Assembly (NCBI GenBank): GCA_050294405.1
Contig: JBNKOC010000011.1
Location: 32,001 to 96,000 of the forward strand
Reading direction: 5' to 3'
From: Fibrobacteria bacterium
GTDB taxonomy: Bacteria; Fibrobacterota; Fibrobacteria; UBA11236; JADFYW01
Length of the DNA: 64,000 bases
Numbering within the stretch: position 1 is the stretch's first letter; each line of letters opens with the position of its first letter. Of this stretch, positions 59,288 to 64,000 are shown piece by piece. Position numbers and translations under genes: made by a program. The notes beneath the pieces are model-generated. The model did not search any database, was not told the origin of the DNA, and was given only the letters and a program-made list of their open reading frames with translations.

Positions 59288-60058
59288 TTAAGTATCCTTT
59301 TTCGCCTGTACCACTCTCTGATTTGTCACAATATAGTCCATGGGGATATCGTGCTCCTGCAAGTTTAATTTTTTCATGGAAATTTGGCCATCATAGGCTA
59401 TACCAATTTTGGTTGCCTTACGATTTTGCAAATGCTTGTCGTAATAGCCTTTGCCCCGGCCAAGACGCCCGCCCCACAAATCAAAACATCGTCCCGGCAC
59501 CAGATACAGATCGGGCTCCTCAGGGTTTTCAATCCGCAAATGAGGTTTTGGCTCCATAATTCCAAAAACTCCCGCCTCCATATCCTGAATAGGGTCGGGC
59601 ACAGGCACAAAGCGCATTTGCCCCTGGCTTATATAGGGATAAAAAACCGTTTTGCCTTCTTCGAGCAATTTCTTTTTTATGAAACCCGTATCCATTTCAT
59701 CGGGAAGGGCGCTGTACAGGGCCACATTTTTAGCCTGCTTCACAACCTCCAACTCCATAAGCTGTAGCACTATGTTTTGGGAGAACTGGAATTTATCGGC
59801 ACCGGTGATGGAACTGATTTTTTTATCGCCCCATTTTCGCATGGCTTCATTGTCGTTAATAATTCTGTCCAGCTCTTCTTTGTCGTCCTCTTCTTCGATT
59901 AGTTTGTCGAGTTGAGATTTCCAATCCTTTTGGATGCCGGTTATTTTTTGTCGGGCATTGCGAATCCAACGGGCGGCCTTGCCCACCTGTTTGGCGTCAA
60001 AAAACAAAAGGGCCAGTAGCACCACAACGCCCAACTCGCCCAGTCCAAAGGATATCAC
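59288..60058 (-). CDS. 5-formyltetrahydrofolate cyclo-ligase with N-terminal TatA/B-like domain (fusion)
   Basis: N-terminus FGLGELGVVVLLALLFF plus amphipathic helix; C-terminus VPG..FD..GGRLGRGKGYYD, HD..MD. Confidence 0.85.
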   Translation of the reverse strand: MISFGLGELGVVVLLALLFFDAKQVGKAARWIRNARQKITGIQKDWKSQLDKLIEEEDDKEELDRIINDNEAMRKWGDKKISSITGADKFQFSQNIVLQLMELEVVKQAKNVALYSALPDEMDTGFIKKKLLEEGKTVFYPYISQGQMRFVPVPDPIQDMEAGVFGIMEPKPHLRIENPEEPDLYLVPGRCFDLWGGRLGRGKGYYDKHLQNRKATKIGIAYDGQISMKKLNLQEHDIPMDYIVTNQRVVQAKKDT

Positions 60059-60801
60059 GCTTCCAGATCCTTATTTTTGGAAACTGCCATAGACACTAAA
60101 ATAGAAACCCCGTAAATAAGGCAGAGGGGAATTCCCAATAAAATTTGGGTGATGGGGTCCGGTGGCGTGAGAAAGGCAGACACTATAAAAATCAGAACCA
60201 AAGCGTAGCGGGAAAAGGAAATAAGCGACTTGGCGGTAATGAGGCCCAGCTTGGTTAACACAAAACTCACCACCGGCATTTCAAAGCTAGCCCCAAAGGC
60301 AATCAGCACCCGCAGCACAAAAGTGGCGTAATCGCCCTGCCGCCAGTTGGCAGCCACTTCTCCGCCGCTGTAATTTGCTAGAAACTGTAGGCCGTAAGGC
60401 AGAACCATGAAATAACAAAAAGAAGCTCCCCCTAGAAAAAGCAAAATGGAAAAAAACATCACCGGAAACAAAAGCCGTTTCTCCCCATCAAATAGTCCGG
60501 GGGCAATAAAGCGCCAGAAGTTAAACAACACCCAGGGCGAGGCTACTACAATACCAGAGACCAAAGCCACTTTAATGGAGGTGATAAAGGCTTCCACCGG
60601 GGCAGTGTTGATGATTTGCACATTGAGGCCCTTGGATTCCATGGGCCAGGTTAAAAGCCTCCAGATGTCTTTCCAGAATACATAGGAAGCCACCGAGCAA
60701 ACAACAACTCCCAACAAGCTGCGAATTAAGGTTTTACGAAATTCCTGCAGGTGTTCCCACAGGGACATTTCCCCGCCAATTTGTTCCGTGGAATCTGCCA
60801 T
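60055..60801 (-). CDS. tatC: Twin-arginine translocase subunit TatC
   Basis: MSLWEHLQEFR, FIAPGL...E, FEMP, LTPPDP.TQ. Confidence 0.97.
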   Translation of the reverse strand: MADSTEQIGGEMSLWEHLQEFRKTLIRSLLGVVVCSVASYVFWKDIWRLLTWPMESKGLNVQIINTAPVEAFITSIKVALVSGIVVASPWVLFNFWRFIAPGLFDGEKRLLFPVMFFSILLFLGGASFCYFMVLPYGLQFLANYSGGEVAANWRQGDYATFVLRVLIAFGASFEMPVVSFVLTKLGLITAKSLISFSRYALVLIFIVSAFLTPPDPITQILLGIPLCLIYGVSILVSMAVSKNKDLEA

Positions 60802-60908
60802 TTTTTACAGCTATATTAGTTAGCCCCGGGCGGATTTTCAAGGAGGGGACAAATTTTGTCCAAGAGCTTTGTTAAAATTTTAGCAACAGCATTATAAAAA
60901 TGTAAACT

Positions 60909-63900
60909 TTGCCCATGGCTATTAAGCTTTATTTATCTCACCAAACCGAATCCCTTCTGGATAAGTTGCAGGAAAACTTACAGGGCCCCGGGGGTGATCC
61001 GTTTTTTAGCCCGCCCATTATTTTGCCCAACCCCAATTTGGCCAAATGGGTCAAGCTTCGCCTGGCCGATAAAAATGGAATTTCCGCCAATTTGGGAGGA
61101 CAATATCTGGAGAGTCTTTTGTGGTCTTTGCTCTCGCAAATGTACGGTTTAAAATCCGAGCTCCCCGCCAAAATGCTGCGGGTGAACGATTTGGCCCAAT
61201 TTGTATTTGCCTGTTTTAGTCTGGAAAAGCTGGAATCCAATTCCGTCCTAAAAAAATATTTGCTGCCCTACTTAAGCGATGGGACAGGTTCCATTAGCCC
61301 CGGTAAAAAGGTAGAGTTTAGCTACCATTTGGCCAATTTGTTTTTAGAATACGAATATAGCCGACCGGGCAATCCCGAGGCTGGTCAAAAAGGGCTGCTC
61401 GACGCCTGGCCCCAAAGAGATTTTTTCCAGCAAATAGATTACCCCAACCAGCGACGTCGCCAGACCGCTTCCAATGAAATCTGGCAGCGGGAAATTTACA
61501 GCCTTATTTTTGGGGAGGGGCAAATGCTGGATGCCTTTTCAAAAGCTTCTGGTTACGAACTTTTGTCCATGCCCCGACTGGAAAAAAAACTGGAAAGCTG
61601 GGGCGGTGTTCGTACCCTTTTGGCTCAAATCCCCATGTTTTCAAAGTTGTCCCAGGGCCTCCATTTATTTGGCACCTCGGGCTTAGGCTTATACCACAGA
61701 CAGTTGATACATCGCCTCTCCGGCCAGTTGGACTTTTATGTATACATACTCAACCCCTGTTCCCAGTTTTGGGAAGATGCCACCCCTAAGGCTCTTAACC
61801 GCTGGGAAAGGCTATCCAACCAAAAAAAAGGCTGGTTTAGTCTTAAACAAAAAGAAGAGGTTCCCGAAGAGCTGGACAATGCCCTCCCCGAAGAGAATAG
61901 CCTTTTGGTGAAATGGGGCAAATACGGACGAGAGAGTATACATCTATGGTGCCAAAGCAACGACTATGATTTTGAATACCTTTTGCCGGAAAATTTGAAT
62001 AAAAAATATTCGAATATATTCAAAACCCTTCAGCGTTGCATTGTGCTGCGGAAAGCCGGAAAGTCGCGGAAAGACTTTCCTCCCATGGAGCAGGACAATA
62101 GTTTGCAGATTTGGGAGTGCCCCGATAAAATCCGGGAAGTGGAAAACTTATGGAATAGCATTATCTGGAATCTTAAAACCAATCCTTCTCTTAAACTAAA
62201 TGATATTGCTGTTTTTGTTCCCAACCTAGACAATTACCGCAGCCAGATTGAACAGGTGTTTCTTTCAAAAAATCCGGGCGAACCGGGCTATTTGCCTTTC
62301 CACTATGGAGACGGCAGTGCGGCATCCAGCAGCTACATTAACGCCGTAAGGCAAATTATAAGGTTGTTAAGAGGGCAATTCAGCCGACCGGAAATATTGG
62401 AATATTTTAAAAACCCCTTGGTAAGGCAAAAGTTATCCTTAGGCAAAGAAGAATTGGAAGTATGGAAAAACTGGATATCCGAACTAAACATATACAGAAG
62501 TTTTGATGGGGAACATCGTCAAAGGCGGGGGGAACTCAATCAGGAACTCCACAGTTTTATTCATGGGATTAAGCGCCTTCAATTGGGGCGTATTTCTTAG
62601 AATTTACAAAGTTTTGAATCTAGTACGGAGCAGGATGTTCGTTATTTGCCATACGAAAATTTTGAAAGCAGCCAAAGGGATTTGCTGGAGAATTTTTGCA
62701 TTGGCCTGGAAAGCCTGTATCGATTGTTGGAAAGTTTTCAAAAAAAGGCCATATCAGGAACATTACATACCTTGGCCGAAAGTTTTTTGGAATTATTGGA
62801 AAATCAATTGGAAATACCTCCCGAGTTGGCCGGAGAAAATCTTCCCAAAAACATGATATGGGAAGCCATAGAAAATTTTAAAATCACCAAAGATTCCTTG
62901 CCGGTTTCCATAGGTTTGGAAGAGTTTTGCGAAATGGTATTGGCTATTTTGCCTAAGAGTTTGCCGGGAAGCTCCAGTTATTTATTGGGGGGGCTTAGTA
63001 TTTCTGCTTTGGCTCCCATGCGTCCTGTACCCTTTAAACTGGTTTACCTGTTGGGCATGGGGGAGCGGGACTTTCCTGGAGATGCCCGGGAATCCACCCT
63101 GGACTTGCGCAATTGCCGCCGAAACATTGGTGATACCAGTCCCGCAGAAAAAAACAGATACATCTTTTTGGAAAGCTTACTGTCTGTTAGGGAAAAACTA
63201 TATCTAAGCTATGTATCTCGTGATTTGCAAAAAGATGAAGAGCTATTGCCTTCCAGTTGTATTTTAGAACTGGAAAATTTTTTAGAGCAGGGCTTTTTAA
63301 AGCCTGACTCTGAAAATCAAAGCCCCAAATTTTTCAGGCAAAAAATTCCCATTTTACCCTGGGAAAAAAATATTGCAGAGCCCCATAACATAAACCTGTT
63401 GGAGCAGAATACAAAAGTAGACCCCTTGGTCAATTACAAAGGGGAGCACGCCTTGTTGCAAAGGTTATACAGCTTAAAAGAGTATTTGGGCGAATCGCAA
63501 TTGGAGAATTTTAAAAGGACCATTTCTCAAAATAAAAATGAGGGTTATAATAGTAGCCAACATACTGATATTGTTAATATTCCCGAAAAATGGAAAAATA
63601 TTATTTCTAGCGGGGAACTTATTCCAACTTCAAGCCCCGAAATTAAGGATAACATCCATATATTAGAATTAAAACGCTTTTTATCTAATCCGGGAGAATA
63701 TAAACTCAGCCAAAGCTTGGGTAGAATATATGATGAGGCCGAGGATGTATCTCTTTTGCAGGACGAACCCACCCAATTGGAATTTTTTCCCTGGCGTTCT
63801 CTCCAGAAACAGTGGTTTAAATTGTGTTTGCGAGAGCTGTTTTCAAATAATGGGAGCCCTAATAATTCCAATTTGTTTTATTCTCTTTTTGAAAAATTGT

Positions 63901-64000
63901 ATGCAGAACAGTCGCTGTTGGGCTACAGTCCATTGGGGGCCTGGTCTGAAATGGATAAAGAAAAATTATGGGAAATGCTTTCGGGGCTTATGGCTCCGCT
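60909..64000 (+). pseudogene. recC: Exodeoxyribonuclease V gamma (RecC) interrupted by one in-frame TAG at 62598-62600; runs off the window
   Basis: LNPC..FW, NSLL..WG..GR, REVE.L, DIAV..P; same frame continues after the TAG with PMRPVPFKLVYLLGM and FLESLLS.REKLYLSY. Confidence 0.8.

Noticed and set aside
59288..60100. 6S RNA upstream of the cyclo-ligase gene
   Set aside because: The gene overlaps tatC, leaving no intergenic space
62598..62600. Genome-wide TAG recoding or pyrrolysine
   Set aside because: Conserved genes in the window end at TAG at their expected lengths; no pyl genes seen

Overview
Bacterial chromosomal window, most likely Fibrobacterota (TIGR02147-family gene, Fibrobacter-type LexA box, many secreted proteins with short C-terminal sorting-like domains); this assignment is inferred. 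Housekeeping genes include lexA, yebC-ruvC-ruvA-ruvB, smpB, amidase, HU/IHF, rlmB-like, carA, tatC and recC. Accessory loci are minor pilins, an ATP-grasp/alpha-E pair, a TIGR02147-lipoprotein-GSDH-DUF1080 operon, a sigma54-driven PEP-CTERM gene and an ECF sigma/anti-sigma/Spy-like module. The main candidate new system is an ~18-kb, 20-gene minus-strand type II PKS/FAS-like operon (32697-50561). In it a HisC-like aminotransferase, indolepyruvate:ferredoxin oxidoreductase (IorAB) and a FabD homologue lacking the malonyl-binding Arg appear to form an arylacetyl starter-unit pathway. That pathway would feed an ACP/KS/CLF/KR/split-dehydratase machine with a Tat-exported flavoenzyme and a Lol-like export set. 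Other notable items: three ~115-bp palindromic direct repeats separating foreign-looking genes and gene fragments (21733-23954), a TatA/B-5-formyl-THF cyclo-ligase fusion, a recC with one in-frame TAG, and directly readable ECF, LexA, TIGR02147 and sigma54 sites. All product calls come from motif recognition by eye; no database searches were run.
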